From positions 186,614-250,613 of IMG/VR virus record IMGVR_UViG_3300030085_002431: a stretch of 64,000 nucleotides of DNA. One strand, written 5' to 3'. The position numbers were made by a program, and so were the translations under genes. Every line of letters starts with the position of its first letter. Within the stretch, counting starts at the first letter, position 1. Positions 48,478 through 58,173 of the stretch are shown here, in pieces. A model generated the notes under the pieces. It was not told the origin of the DNA. It did not search any database and saw nothing but the letters and a program-made list of their open reading frames with translations.

Positions 48478-48975
48478 ATGACGGTATCAAAAACTCCTAT
48501 GGAATATCTTCGGATACAACCTGGAAGAACGGTTCTAGTTCTTAATGCAACTTACGAACCAATAAATTTAACGGACTGGAAAAGAGCAGTTGTGTTACTC
48601 ATGAAAGAGAAAGCACAACTGCTTTCTAATACTGTAATAAGACTTGTCAATTATATTAAACTACCATATAGTCTGATGATGAATCATAAACCATCAAGGT
48701 CTATGATTTACAAACGTGATGGAAATAAGTGCCAATACTGTGGTTCAACAAAAGAACTTAGTATTGACCATGTTCATCCAAGAAGTAAGGGGGGAAGAGA
48801 TACTTGGGAAAATCTAGTAACAGCATGTACAAAATGCAATATCAAAAAAGGTAATAAATTATTAGAGGAGTCTGGAATGGTTTTAGTTAGAAAACCTAGG
48901 GCACCATTAAATAAGATTGAATTATCTTTGAACAAATCAAAAAACTCTGAGTGGACACAGTATTTTTATGCCTAA
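48478..48975 (+). CDS. HNH endonuclease (McrA-like)
   Basis: VLVLNATYEP, RD..KCQYCG, IDHVHPRSKGG..WENLVTAC..CN. Confidence 0.92.
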   Translation: MTVSKTPMEYLRIQPGRTVLVLNATYEPINLTDWKRAVVLLMKEKAQLLSNTVIRLVNYIKLPYSLMMNHKPSRSMIYKRDGNKCQYCGSTKELSIDHVHPRSKGGRDTWENLVTACTKCNIKKGNKLLEESGMVLVRKPRAPLNKIELSLNKSKNSEWTQYFYA

Positions 48976-49134
48976 ACTAAGTAACGAGTTTTATACAGTT
49001 GAATATGAACTTCAGGGTGAAAAGAAGTTTGCGTGTTATTTTAGTTTAGAATCAGCACAAGAAGCAATGATGAAGATGATTAAACGTGGTCAAGTCGTCA
49101 ATGGATTAGAAACAAAATCCTTAAATGACACCGT

Positions 49135-49156
49135 GTGACACCTGTAGAACCGTCTA
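49135..49156 (+). promoter_or_regulatory. Early-promoter palindrome copy 10 (degenerate)
   Basis: GTGACA-N10-CGTCTA; hairpin; TGTTATTGT. Confidence 0.5.
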
Positions 49157-49557
49157 CAACACCTCCCAAAACCTCTTGGGGGGTGTTATTGTATGTGCAT
49201 ACAAACAAAGGGTGATGACCTATTCTGAATTGCTTCAAGTTATTATTCGCATGTCACCTGAACAACTGAAGCAAGATGCTACAGTGTATGATATTTCAGG
49301 TGATGAGTATTACCCAATCTACGATGTTAAGTACAACGTAGATGACCACATTCTTGACCCTGACCATCCTTATTTCACTTTTTGATGGACCCTCGAATTA
49401 TTACTCGACTGGAACTTATTGTTGACCGTCTTGAATCTGCTTGGTTGACATGTCAAAAGTATCAATCAGACGGTGGATATGCAGAATCTGCTGGTTATAG
49501 TTGCTCTGCAATGGAAGGCAGTGCCAAACAACTTCGTGACATTATTTCTGAAATCAA

Positions 49558-49848
49558 ATGAACTACACACTCAAAGAACTCCAGCAACGTGTGAACAAAC
49601 TGATTGAACAACAGGGAGAAGATGCACACTGTGCCGCATGGATTTACACCAAGCACGATTGTCATCTAAAGGATGAAGATGGTGAGTTTGACTATAACAA
49701 TAACGTAGAAGATCCTGATGTTGTTGAACGTATCTTCGATGATGTTGGCAACGTTGATTACATCTATCAGGTGATTCAAGAATGTGTTGATGAAGTTGTA
49801 GAAGAACAAAGTAAAGAAAGCATCTGTGATGCTTGGTCTTTTGATTGA
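49558..49848 (+). CDS. Acidic hypothetical protein
   Basis: LIEQQGEDA.CAAWIYT motif. Confidence 0.55.
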   Translation: MNYTLKELQQRVNKLIEQQGEDAHCAAWIYTKHDCHLKDEDGEFDYNNNVEDPDVVERIFDDVGNVDYIYQVIQECVDEVVEEQSKESICDAWSFD

Positions 49849-49869
49849 AAACTAACTACTTTTTTTATT

Positions 49870-50169
49870 ATGTCTGCATCTGTTGAAGTAATCGAAGAAT
49901 TTATCCGCAATCAAATTGCAAAACCTACTGCTAATCCTACGATTGTTCGTAGTTGGTGGAGGTATGCGAATGAGAGTGGTTATTTTCACATGCCACCATC
50001 TCATGCTCCTGGTTTCTGCCGAAATGCAAAACAGGCAGGAAAGAATATCAATGAAGAATTTGGTTTTGATGTAATCAAAATGCACTTCTATGGTATTTGG
50101 AAGAACAATGAGACCAAGAACTTCTCACCATGGGAGAAGGACCATGCCAGTTGTGAAGGTGTCCACTAA
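49870..50169 (+). CDS. Hypothetical protein
   Basis: 99 aa ORF. Confidence 0.45.
   Translation: MSASVEVIEEFIRNQIAKPTANPTIVRSWWRYANESGYFHMPPSHAPGFCRNAKQAGKNINEEFGFDVIKMHFYGIWKNNETKNFSPWEKDHASCEGVH
50144..50166 (+). promoter_or_regulatory. Early-promoter palindrome copy 11
   Basis: ATGCCA-N10-TGTCCACTAAACCCCCCA; GAGTCAAAG. Confidence 0.7.
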
Positions 50170-50223
50170 ACCCCCCACTGGGGTCAAAACCGTGTATTCT
50201 AAGAGAGTCAAAGGAACAGACCA

Positions 50224-50637
50224 ATGAACACCAACCTCACTCAAGAGAAAATCATCGACCTGATTGAACAGTTCTGCGATGTTCTTCGCACTAACTACCA
50301 AACCTATTCAATCGAGATGCACCGTCGTCACATCACTGCGGGAGATGATGAGACTGGTTATCATCAGAAGTGCATTGATGCTCTCTCTGAGGGTGAAGGT
50401 GTAGATAACTACGTCTACACAAAGGGCAGAAAGTATGCTAAAATTGTGCATGTAGTTTCATCCAGTGGTCAACAATCTGCCCACGCATTTGTTGACTTGA
50501 AGACTGGAGATGTCTACAAATCTGCCTCTTGGTCTGCACCTGCAAAGGGTATTCGTTACAACCTCGTTGATGAGAAATCTCGTCACGCAATGTATCAACG
50601 TGCAGACTGGGCAGGTTCTTACCTCTACGTCAAGTGA
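50224..50637 (+). CDS. Conserved phage early protein
   Basis: GRKY.KI...S.HAFVD..TG.VYK.ASW.APAKG.R. Confidence 0.7.
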   Translation: MNTNLTQEKIIDLIEQFCDVLRTNYQTYSIEMHRRHITAGDDETGYHQKCIDALSEGEGVDNYVYTKGRKYAKIVHVVSSSGQQSAHAFVDLKTGDVYKSASWSAPAKGIRYNLVDEKSRHAMYQRADWAGSYLYVK

Positions 50638-50646
50638 TTGTACCGA

Positions 50647-50922
50647 ATGAGTTACACTCCGCAAGTTGATGACTATGTAAAATGGACAGATTCCCTCGGT
50701 AGAGTTACTGAGGGATGGGTCTATTTTGTAGATAGTGCTTACATTACAATCGAAGTTGGTGTAAAGTGTAAGACTGATGAAAACATCAAAGATTGCCCTT
50801 TGCATCAAAAAATTCATACTCTTATTTGTTGCTTTCCAGAAAATTGGGAAGAATTAGAGTATGTTACCAATCGTAGAGATGAAGAGAAAACATCCTATGA
50901 TAAAATCCCCTCACGTTACTAA
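50647..50922 (+). CDS. Conserved cyanophage hypothetical protein
   Basis: YTPQVDDYVKW...EGWVYF...YITIEV. Confidence 0.6.
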   Translation: MSYTPQVDDYVKWTDSLGRVTEGWVYFVDSAYITIEVGVKCKTDENIKDCPLHQKIHTLICCFPENWEELEYVTNRRDEEKTSYDKIPSRY

Positions 50923-51210
50923 TGCACGAATCTACTCTTGACTTATTCTGCCAACATGCAGATGAAATTATTGCTGATGAATACGCAAAAGAAATTGAAC
51001 TAAAGGCAGCAGAACTTGAACTGCCCGTTGATTATTATATGCAGGAGTTTATGTGATGTTTACTGTTGATGAATTGAGGTATTTGCAAAATGTTTTATCT
51101 GTTGCCAGTTCTTATACTATTGCTAGAAATGAGCAAATCGACCTCCCCACAGTAAAGCATAAAGAACTAGAAAATAAAATTAGAAATAAAATCACACAAA
51201 TGACTGTCTA

Positions 51211-51552
51211 ATGTTTAACTGGGAATCTACAGTTCGACTTGCAAGTGGTTATCTTAAAAAGGTAAATCTCACTGGATATAATACAGTAGAAGATGCTAAT
51301 GCTGCTGCAAGAGGTCAAACAGGTGGAGGTGAAGTTCTTATCACTCAGAGAGTGAATGATATATCACCACCACCAATGTATGTTAGACATGAACCCGAAT
51401 GTCATAAAGTATATGAAGAAGTTGACCATTCTTATATGGATCAACTAGAAGAAGATATGTATTTGTATCTTTGTGAAGTCGCAATTAGACGAGGTGAAGA
51501 ACCACCATCAGTCGAAGATTTTTATATTTGGTTAGAAGATAATTTTAATTGA
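51211..51552 (+). CDS. Hypothetical protein
   Basis: 113 aa ORF. Confidence 0.5.
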   Translation: MFNWESTVRLASGYLKKVNLTGYNTVEDANAAARGQTGGGEVLITQRVNDISPPPMYVRHEPECHKVYEEVDHSYMDQLEEDMYLYLCEVAIRRGEEPPSVEDFYIWLEDNFN

Positions 51553-51557
51553 ACCCT

Positions 51558-51580
51558 GTGCCACCTGAGGTGGTGTCCAC
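51558..51580 (+). promoter_or_regulatory. Early-promoter palindrome copy 12
   Basis: GTGCCA-N10-TGTCCAC, then TGCTATATT. Confidence 0.7.
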
Positions 51581-51639
51581 TACCCTGCCCATTGCCGTGG
51601 GTGGGGTGCTATATTTGTTTCACAAACGAGGTCAAACGA

Positions 51640-52875
51640 TTGTTCACACTTCTCCCCTACCAGCAACGTGCCCTCGATGCAGTGCAAACTAATCGCAAGG
51701 GTTCTGTATTTGTTCCTACTGGTGGTGGCAAAACTGTTATCATGATGGAAGATGCAAAGCAACGTATTGCACGGGCATCTAAACCCCTCACCTTCCTGAT
51801 TGTTGCTCCTCGCATTCTCCTCGCAAACCAACTTTGTGGTGAGTTTGAAGAGTACCTAGATAATAAAGATATTCACTATATGCACTGCCATAGTGGAGAA
51901 ACTCACCACTTCAAGAGTACAAATCCAGAACTCATCAAACTGTTTGCAAATACTGCAAAAGTTGGTGGTGAGCATTGCTTCATTTTTACTACCTACAATT
52001 CTATTCATAAAGTCAATGATTCAAAGATTGACGTTGATGTTGTTTACTTTGACGAAGCACATCACTGCGTCAAGAAAAACAACTTTGTGGGTATTGCTCA
52101 GACTAGTGCAGACGCAAATAATTCTTATTTCTTTACTGCTACTCCTAAGTATCATGGTGGAGTTGAATCCATGAACAATACCTCTGTTTATGGTAACAAC
52201 ATCATCTCTATTCCTGCTCAAGAATTGATTGATGCAGGTAGCATTATTCCCCCTAAAGTTGTATCCTATGAATCACAAGACACCCGCAGTCGTGAAAATG
52301 CTGCGTGGGTCGATGGTAAGAATGTCATTGGCATTTTGCGTGGGATTACTGACACCGATGCTCCTAAAGTTCTTGTTGCATCTCCAAGCAGCAAGTGCAT
52401 CTGGGAAATGTTCACTGAAACCGATGTTCTTATTCAACTGAAAGACATGGGTTACACCATCATGCACATCACATCTAAGCATGGTGCTTACATCGACAAA
52501 ACCAAAGTTTCCCGTGAAGTATTCTTTGAGAAGATGTCTGAGTTCGGTGCTGACCCTGATAAAAAGTTCATTGTCTTCCACTATTCTATTCTGTCCGAAG
52601 GTATGAACGTGCATGGTCTGACTCATTGCATCATGCTCCGCAATCTTCCTGTGATTGAGATGGCACAGACTGTCGGTCGTGTTATCCGTATGCACCGAGA
52701 TGACCGCAAAGCAATCGCAGAAGGTAAAATGAAAGCAGGTGAGTTTGCTTTCTATAAGAAACCCTGTGGTCACGTTGTTATTCCTACCAACAACAACTAT
52801 GGAGACCGTATCATCAAGCAACTGCAAAACGTTGTTGATACTATCTTTGTCAAGGGTGAAGTTCCGATTGCATAA
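51640..52875 (+). CDS. SF2 DEAH-box helicase (type III Res-like)
   Basis: PTGGGKT, DEAHH, TAT, QTVGRVIR; TTG start after GAGG. Confidence 0.88.
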   Translation: MFTLLPYQQRALDAVQTNRKGSVFVPTGGGKTVIMMEDAKQRIARASKPLTFLIVAPRILLANQLCGEFEEYLDNKDIHYMHCHSGETHHFKSTNPELIKLFANTAKVGGEHCFIFTTYNSIHKVNDSKIDVDVVYFDEAHHCVKKNNFVGIAQTSADANNSYFFTATPKYHGGVESMNNTSVYGNNIISIPAQELIDAGSIIPPKVVSYESQDTRSRENAAWVDGKNVIGILRGITDTDAPKVLVASPSSKCIWEMFTETDVLIQLKDMGYTIMHITSKHGAYIDKTKVSREVFFEKMSEFGADPDKKFIVFHYSILSEGMNVHGLTHCIMLRNLPVIEMAQTVGRVIRMHRDDRKAIAEGKMKAGEFAFYKKPCGHVVIPTNNNYGDRIIKQLQNVVDTIFVKGEVPIA

Positions 52876-52900
52876 ATTATTATGTGTCACGCATAATATA

Positions 52901-53065
52901 ATGCCATTTACGAAGAAGTTTCCCCGTTCTGGGGATACTAAGCACATTAGAGTTCCAGTTGTTTATTCTGACTTAGTGTTAGAGTTAATGGAAGTCTATG
53001 ACAGTAAGTTTGAGATAGATAAGGGCAAACATTTACTCCGAAAGTATATCAACTCAGTCAAGTAG
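52901..53065 (+). CDS. Small protein, possible ribbon-helix-helix
   Basis: TKHIRVP strand followed by helices. Confidence 0.45.
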   Translation: MPFTKKFPRSGDTKHIRVPVVYSDLVLELMEVYDSKFEIDKGKHLLRKYINSVK

Positions 53066-53066
53066 T

Positions 53067-53088
53067 ATGCCAGTCCTGGAACTGGTCT
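53067..53088 (+). promoter_or_regulatory. Early-promoter palindrome copy 13 (degenerate)
   Basis: ATGCCA-N10-TGGTCT, then TTGCCC...TATAGT. Confidence 0.55.
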
Positions 53089-53145
53089 AATCCCCCTTGC
53101 CCTTCTTAGGGTGAGGGGTTATAGTGTATTCATACACAGGAACGC

Positions 53146-53736
53146 ATGAAACTTACCACCAACGAAGTTGCAGCAAAACTGAAAGTTACTGATTTTTCTG
53201 CATTTCAAAAACCTGGCAAGAATAAGGGTGCCCGTGGTCAACTGCTGGAGACTGCTCTGGGTATTAGTAATTCCTCTGACTTGACTGATTTGATTGACGG
53301 TGAACTGAAATCTTTCACTCAGGGAGAATCTATTGCTGTCACTCAAATTAAACATTGCCTGCATGAAATTATCAGGGATGAAGTTGGATTTTATGATAGC
53401 AAAGTTGGTGAGAAACTGAGACAAACCATTTATGTTGGTTTCACACGTTCTAATGATTATATTGGAACTGCAACAATTAGTTTCGACAGTTGCCCTAAGC
53501 ATTTCTGTGAACTCGCAGAAGATTATGAATATATTTGTAATGAAATCCGCAATCGTTACAATAACAGTCAAGAACTGAGTACGATTACTGGTCCTAATAA
53601 ATTGCTTCAAATCCGTACTAAAGCAAGCAAGAATAAGTGGGGACAATACACTCCTTTGGTGTATAATGATAAAGTTATGAAAGATAAAAATATGGCATTT
53701 TATCTCTGCACACAATTCGGTAAAACTATTATTTGA
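53146..53736 (+). CDS. MutH/Sau3AI-family endonuclease
   Basis: NKG..GQLLE.ALG, D..DGELK, LQIRTK, AFY. Confidence 0.8.
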   Translation: MKLTTNEVAAKLKVTDFSAFQKPGKNKGARGQLLETALGISNSSDLTDLIDGELKSFTQGESIAVTQIKHCLHEIIRDEVGFYDSKVGEKLRQTIYVGFTRSNDYIGTATISFDSCPKHFCELAEDYEYICNEIRNRYNNSQELSTITGPNKLLQIRTKASKNKWGQYTPLVYNDKVMKDKNMAFYLCTQFGKTII

Positions 53737-53740
53737 GAAC

Positions 53741-54562
53741 ATGAGAAAACCATTCCTTAAATGGGCAGGTGGTAAAACTAAAGTCCTGCAACATATTTTG
53801 CCCCTTATTGGTAATGTTGACCACTTCATTGAACCATTCGCAGGTTCTATGTCTGTGGGGTTAAATGTACCTGCAAAAGTGTGTGTTCTGAATGATGTTA
53901 ATGGGCACATCATCCAACTTTACCAGCATCTTATTGGTGAGGGTGAGGACTTTATTAACTACTGCGAATCCTTTTTTGTGGATGGTAATGTATCTGATTT
54001 GTATTATGAGAGAAGAACACTATTCAATGAAACTGAGGATAGTAGAGAAAGGTCTGCATTGTTTGTTTATTTGAATCGACATGGATTCAATGGACTGACA
54101 AGATATAATAAGAGTGGTGAATATAATGTTCCTTTTGGTAAGTATAAAAAACCATACTTTCCGAGAGACGAAATGATGGAATTTAGATATAATATGCAGA
54201 GAAAAATGCTTCTTAGAATGACAGCATTTGATTTTGCAGACCCAGTGTTGTATAAGAATCTTTCTGCTGGTAGTGTAGTTTATTGTGACCCACCTTATAT
54301 TCCGTTGAATGAAACTTCCAACTTCACGGCATATTCTACTGATGGGTTTACTAATAACGACCAAATTAGATTGAAGCAACTTGCACTTAATCTGAGAAGA
54401 CAGGGAGCAAAAGTAATCATTAGTAATCACGATGTACCTGCTGCCCGTGAATTGTACTCTGACGCATCTAGAATCATCGAAATTAACGTGAGTCGCAGTG
54501 TGAGTGCTAAGGGTGGTTCTAGAGGTAAAGTGGGGGAAATCCTAGCAGTTTATGAACCCTGA
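53741..54562 (+). CDS. dam: Dam-like DNA adenine methyltransferase
   Basis: FLKWAGGK, EPFAGS, YLNRHGFNGL.RYN..G.YNVPFG, YCDPPY. Confidence 0.92.
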   Translation: MRKPFLKWAGGKTKVLQHILPLIGNVDHFIEPFAGSMSVGLNVPAKVCVLNDVNGHIIQLYQHLIGEGEDFINYCESFFVDGNVSDLYYERRTLFNETEDSRERSALFVYLNRHGFNGLTRYNKSGEYNVPFGKYKKPYFPRDEMMEFRYNMQRKMLLRMTAFDFADPVLYKNLSAGSVVYCDPPYIPLNETSNFTAYSTDGFTNNDQIRLKQLALNLRRQGAKVIISNHDVPAARELYSDASRIIEINVSRSVSAKGGSRGKVGEILAVYEP

Positions 54563-54563
54563 T

Positions 54564-54610
54564 GTGCCACATGTTCTAGTGGCACAGTAAATGAGCACAG
54601 ACCCCAAAAT
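54564..54610 (+). repeat. Palindrome copy 14 plus 35-bp exact repeat of 58139-58173
   Basis: GTGCCA-N10-TGGCAC; CTAGTGGCACAGTAAATGAGCACAGACCCCAAAAT identical at both loci. Confidence 0.9.
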
Positions 54611-54828
54611 TTGCTATTCTATAGAAGTCGTCAGGGGATTGCCCACATGGTCACTAAAACACTCACATTTGAAGAAGAGACCGATTTGGTTTCATCCCTT
54701 TACTCTGCCGTTGCTTATTTTAAGCAGTTGGAAGAAGAATCCATCAATAACAAAGATTATTGGAAGAAACGGATACAAGAAGCACAAAACGTTGCTGATA
54801 AATTTTACGCAGAACTGAAGGCATCACT

Positions 54829-55032
54829 GTGAACGCACTGACTGAAATGGAAACTATTCTCAACCTCCAGGATTGTCTGACGGAGAAGCAACTTACTGCT
54901 CTCCGTGACATGGTAGAGTTTTATCGAGATTTTCAAGAAGAGTTGTATGATTATCCTGCTGAAGAAAATCTTTTCACAGGATCACAACTCGAACTGTTTC
55001 AAATCTTCGATGTCAATCGTATTGACAGTTGA
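54829..55032 (+). CDS. Acidic hypothetical protein
   Basis: 67 aa; GTGA coupled. Confidence 0.5.
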   Translation: MNALTEMETILNLQDCLTEKQLTALRDMVEFYRDFQEELYDYPAEENLFTGSQLELFQIFDVNRIDS

Positions 55033-55250
55033 GATTTGAAATCATATAATTACTTCTGAAGTTTATTTTCAAGACTAAAACAATCAATGGAGAACGCAGT
55101 CAAGAACCAGATGCACACATCCGTAAATGTTACCATCTATTTTAATGCTGAAATGGATGATTTGGATGTGAAAGATTTTGTAGAATCTTCTCTTGAAAAG
55201 TATTGTCATCCTGATCATATTGTTCAGGATTATGAATACTGGCACTCCAA

Positions 55251-55302
55251 TGAGTCTTGAGTGACGCAAGGACAGTTCTAACACTGTCCACTAAACCCCC
55301 CA
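55251..55302 (+). repeat. Palindrome copy 15 within a 52-bp repeat of 57039-57090
   Basis: 49/52 identical to 57039-57090; AGGACA-N10-TGTCCAC. Confidence 0.9.
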
Positions 55303-55350
55303 TGGCACCCTTCTGGGTGCTATCATTACGAAGTAATCAATCAAAGGCAC

Positions 55351-55752
55351 ATGTCTGTCACAACCCGACTCAAGGATTCCACCATTGATGTCATTCATGA
55401 ACTGGTTGAAAATAACTATCATGATGGTGACATTTATGAGTTCATCAACACCTACGGTGAAGATGCACTGGAAACTTGCTACGAGGATTATGTAGAACTC
55501 GGAGAATCTTATTCCTTCGAGGCAGTTGATGTTTTCTGTGAAGAGTTTTCAATCGAAGAGATTGGTAACTTCCAAGATGCTTATTATGGTGAATATGAAA
55601 CACCTGCAATTTTTGCAGAGCAATTCACTGATGACACAACTGCAATGGAACTTCCTAACTATGTTGTTGTTGATTGGGAAGCAACTTGGGAGTGCAATCT
55701 TCGGCATGATTTTATCTGGTCCGAAGGATTTGTTTTCAACCGCAACTTCTGA
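55351..55752 (+). CDS. ArdA-like antirestriction (DNA-mimic) protein
   Basis: Highly acidic; AY.GEY....FAEQ...P.YV.VDWE..W...L..DF C-terminal pattern. Confidence 0.65.
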   Translation: MSVTTRLKDSTIDVIHELVENNYHDGDIYEFINTYGEDALETCYEDYVELGESYSFEAVDVFCEEFSIEEIGNFQDAYYGEYETPAIFAEQFTDDTTAMELPNYVVVDWEATWECNLRHDFIWSEGFVFNRNF

Positions 55753-55959
55753 TTGATGCAATTTTTAATTACTGAGATTGAGTTTGATTTCACTGATGCT
55801 TTTGACGGTGAACCAAGTGCAGAATCTAAAAAAGAATTATATGATGATGTACTTGGTGAAGTGTGGGAAGCACATGATGAAGAAGATTTAATTGATGAAA
55901 TATCTGCTTGCACGGGTTGGTGCATTAACTCTATTGATTACAAACACATTCTAAAATGA
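55753..55959 (+). CDS. Acidic small protein
   Basis: IEFDF...WEA.DEEDL.DEI...TGWCI. Confidence 0.55.
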   Translation: MMQFLITEIEFDFTDAFDGEPSAESKKELYDDVLGEVWEAHDEEDLIDEISACTGWCINSIDYKHILK

Positions 55960-56168
55960 TGACTCTCTCCAAAGACAAACTGCAACACATTAAAGAGAAC
56001 TATGCACAACTAATCCTTGACGGGATGGATATGCGTTCCCTTGAAGCATTTGCAATGGAATCTATTCTCCAAAACATGGAAATGTGGGATGAGAAAGATA
56101 TTAAGGAAGAAGTTCTTGATTACTATGGGGAAGAAACCTGGAACGATTTGCTAGAAGTAGATGACTAA
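55956..56168 (+). CDS. Acidic small protein
   Basis: Y...I.DGMD...L motif; ATGA coupled. Confidence 0.55.
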   Translation: MMTLSKDKLQHIKENYAQLILDGMDMRSLEAFAMESILQNMEMWDEKDIKEEVLDYYGEETWNDLLEVDD

Positions 56169-56484
56169 TGCCTGGGCACTTTTGTGGGACGAAATTTATC
56201 CTAACGGTGAAATGAACAAACCAAAACCATTTCAATCTAATCAATTTGAGGTTGAGAAACAACGAGCAATGTCTAACATTGAAGATGTAACTAACTCTCA
56301 AGAGGATTGGGAAGATTTCTGGTATAATTCTGAATCTGAGGGTAAAGATGTTCTTGAAGAAAATGTAGAGGAGGATAATACTCCCAAAACATTTTCTTAT
56401 GATGGTTGGATTCCCAAAGAAAAGTTTGGTATTAAAAATACAAAACAGTTCTTTGAGAAAAATGGAAAACCATTTATGGGTTAA
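56161..56484 (+). CDS. Hypothetical protein
   Basis: 107 aa, acidic. Confidence 0.5.
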   Translation: MTNAWALLWDEIYPNGEMNKPKPFQSNQFEVEKQRAMSNIEDVTNSQEDWEDFWYNSESEGKDVLEENVEEDNTPKTFSYDGWIPKEKFGIKNTKQFFEKNGKPFMG

Positions 56485-56687
56485 TCTCAACAGTTTCACA
56501 TAAACAGTCGATGAGACTGCACGGCATGACCTAAGACACCTGCATGACCAAAATGCAGGTTTTTTAGTTTTTGACACCTTTCAAACTCTAGTCATAGCAA
56601 GGGTTCTCATTTGTGACACATGTGAGAATTGCTGTCCTGGTCACTTCCCGCATAAATTAAAGAGTAAAGAATTTTTTATTTTATTGT

Positions 56688-57041
56688 ATGGAAGACAATG
56701 ATTTAAGTCAATTTCCTTCACAACTTTTCTGTGAATCTGAATTACTTGGTGTTAGTTTCACGTTTGGTCCTAATCCTAATCCCTATAGGAGAAGTCCAAA
56801 GATGTATTATATTGAATTAAAGGATAAATCATTTAACTCAGAATTTCCTGATGATTATACTGAGGTTAATTATGAAACAATTCATCCAGATAATTTTGAT
56901 GAAGTTGTCAGATGTAGGGAGAAATTAAAATCAGAGTGGTGGAAAAGATATCAATATATTGATGAAAATCCAGATATATTTGGTGCTGGTGCTGATTTTG
57001 GGGAAACTGATATTAACCTCGAAACGGATGAAATTGGTTGA
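56688..57041 (+). CDS. Hypothetical protein
   Basis: 117 aa, AT-rich. Confidence 0.5.
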   Translation: MEDNDLSQFPSQLFCESELLGVSFTFGPNPNPYRRSPKMYYIELKDKSFNSEFPDDYTEVNYETIHPDNFDEVVRCREKLKSEWWKRYQYIDENPDIFGAGADFGETDINLETDEIG

Positions 57042-57090
57042 GTCTTAAGTGACTCAAGGACAGTTCTAGCACTGTCCACTAAACCCCCCA
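57039..57090 (+). repeat. Palindrome copy 16 within a 52-bp repeat of 55251-55302
   Basis: AGGACA-N10-TGTCCACTAAACCCCCCA. Confidence 0.9.
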
Positions 57091-57139
57091 CACGGGGCAA
57101 AATCGTGTATTGTATAAGAGTCAAAGAGATTCGCACTAA

Positions 57140-57391
57140 ATGCAACTCACATCCAAAGATGGTCACATGGTTGTTGATTTTTATTCCCTGAAGTTTGCTG
57201 ATGGGACTGAGCACAATCGTTTGGCACTTAAGGTTGTTACTTTCTGTGGTAAAACCCAATCGAAAAGTTACATCAACATCAAAGATGTAAAACGTGAGGT
57301 AGAATCTCGTATTGAGGGTTATGGTTACAAACAAACCCGAATCAATAAAGAACCTCAATTCTTTAACTCAGCAATGGCATGTGCCTGCTGA
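57140..57391 (+). CDS. Conserved cyanophage early protein
   Basis: MQLTSK...VVDFY start; directly after the promoter cassette. Confidence 0.6.
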   Translation: MQLTSKDGHMVVDFYSLKFADGTEHNRLALKVVTFCGKTQSKSYINIKDVKREVESRIEGYGYKQTRINKEPQFFNSAMACAC

Positions 57392-57551
57392 TATTAACTG
57401 GGCAGTACAGTATTTAACGTAAGACCCAGCATGAGATGGCATACCCGTTACGGTCACTGTGCTGACGTTCCTGAGTGAACTTCCGTGGGTCGGTTAATCC
57501 TGTCAGCAACATCTCTTTAGTACACAAACACAAACCACATTTAATTTCATT

Positions 57552-57722
57552 ATGTCTGCAACTGTTGAATTTTCTCGTGATGTCATGCTGGGTATGCTCC
57601 GCAAGGGCAAAAACGGCAAGGAAATCATGGACATTCTCAACGTGATTGCTCCTGAGTCTGATGGTGATTCTGCTGCCTCTGATTATGGTCAGGGCAACGG
57701 ATTCGACCCGATTGACTTCTGA
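57552..57722 (+). CDS. Small protein (56 aa, not in ORF track)
   Basis: MSATVEFSRDVMLGMLRKG...; followed by a GGGGAGTT/AACTCCCC terminator. Confidence 0.6.
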   Translation: MSATVEFSRDVMLGMLRKGKNGKEIMDILNVIAPESDGDSAASDYGQGNGFDPIDF

Positions 57723-57772
57723 TTGAGTCGGGGAGTTAATAACTCCCCACATTTGTTTTTTTGTTTTATATC

Positions 57773-58111
57773 ATGAATCAAACTGAACCCACCGAATTGC
57801 AATGCTCCCAAGTTTTTTGGGTAGTTGGTGCTGCTCAAAGACTTGCTAATCTTGGTTTACTCGATGAAGTACCGATTGGGATTGCAATGGAGAAGAATGA
57901 TGAATGGATTGAACTAGATAAAACTCGGCATTTTCTTTTTGAAAATGACTTTGAGATAGCATCAATCTTTTATGCTCTTGTTACTAATGACGGGAAACTA
58001 GAAGATAATTATGATGAGAGTACTTTTGACAATATGACTCAAGTTCTCATTGATTACAAAGACAATCGAATCGAGTTGGTTCGATGTGCATTAGAGCACT
58101 GTCTTGTGTGA
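57773..58111 (+). CDS. Hypothetical protein
   Basis: ATG start within the track ORF. Confidence 0.5.
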   Translation: MNQTEPTELQCSQVFWVVGAAQRLANLGLLDEVPIGIAMEKNDEWIELDKTRHFLFENDFEIASIFYALVTNDGKLEDNYDESTFDNMTQVLIDYKDNRIELVRCALEHCLV

Positions 58112-58126
58112 GTCTAGTGCTCATGT

Positions 58127-58173
58127 GTGACACATGTACTAGTGGCACAGTAAATGAGCACAGACCCCAAAAT
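58127..58173 (+). repeat. Palindrome copy 17 plus 35-bp exact repeat of 54576-54610
   Basis: GTGACA-N10-TGGCAC. Confidence 0.9.

Noticed and set aside
48478-48975. HNH as part of a group I intron or intein
   Set aside because: Free-standing between intact genes; no split host gene or intron core seen
56500-56632. Hairpins in the 56.5-kb intergenic region as an ncRNA
   Set aside because: CCTGCAT/ATGCAGG plus a U-tract is adequately explained as a terminator; the remaining stems are too short to support more
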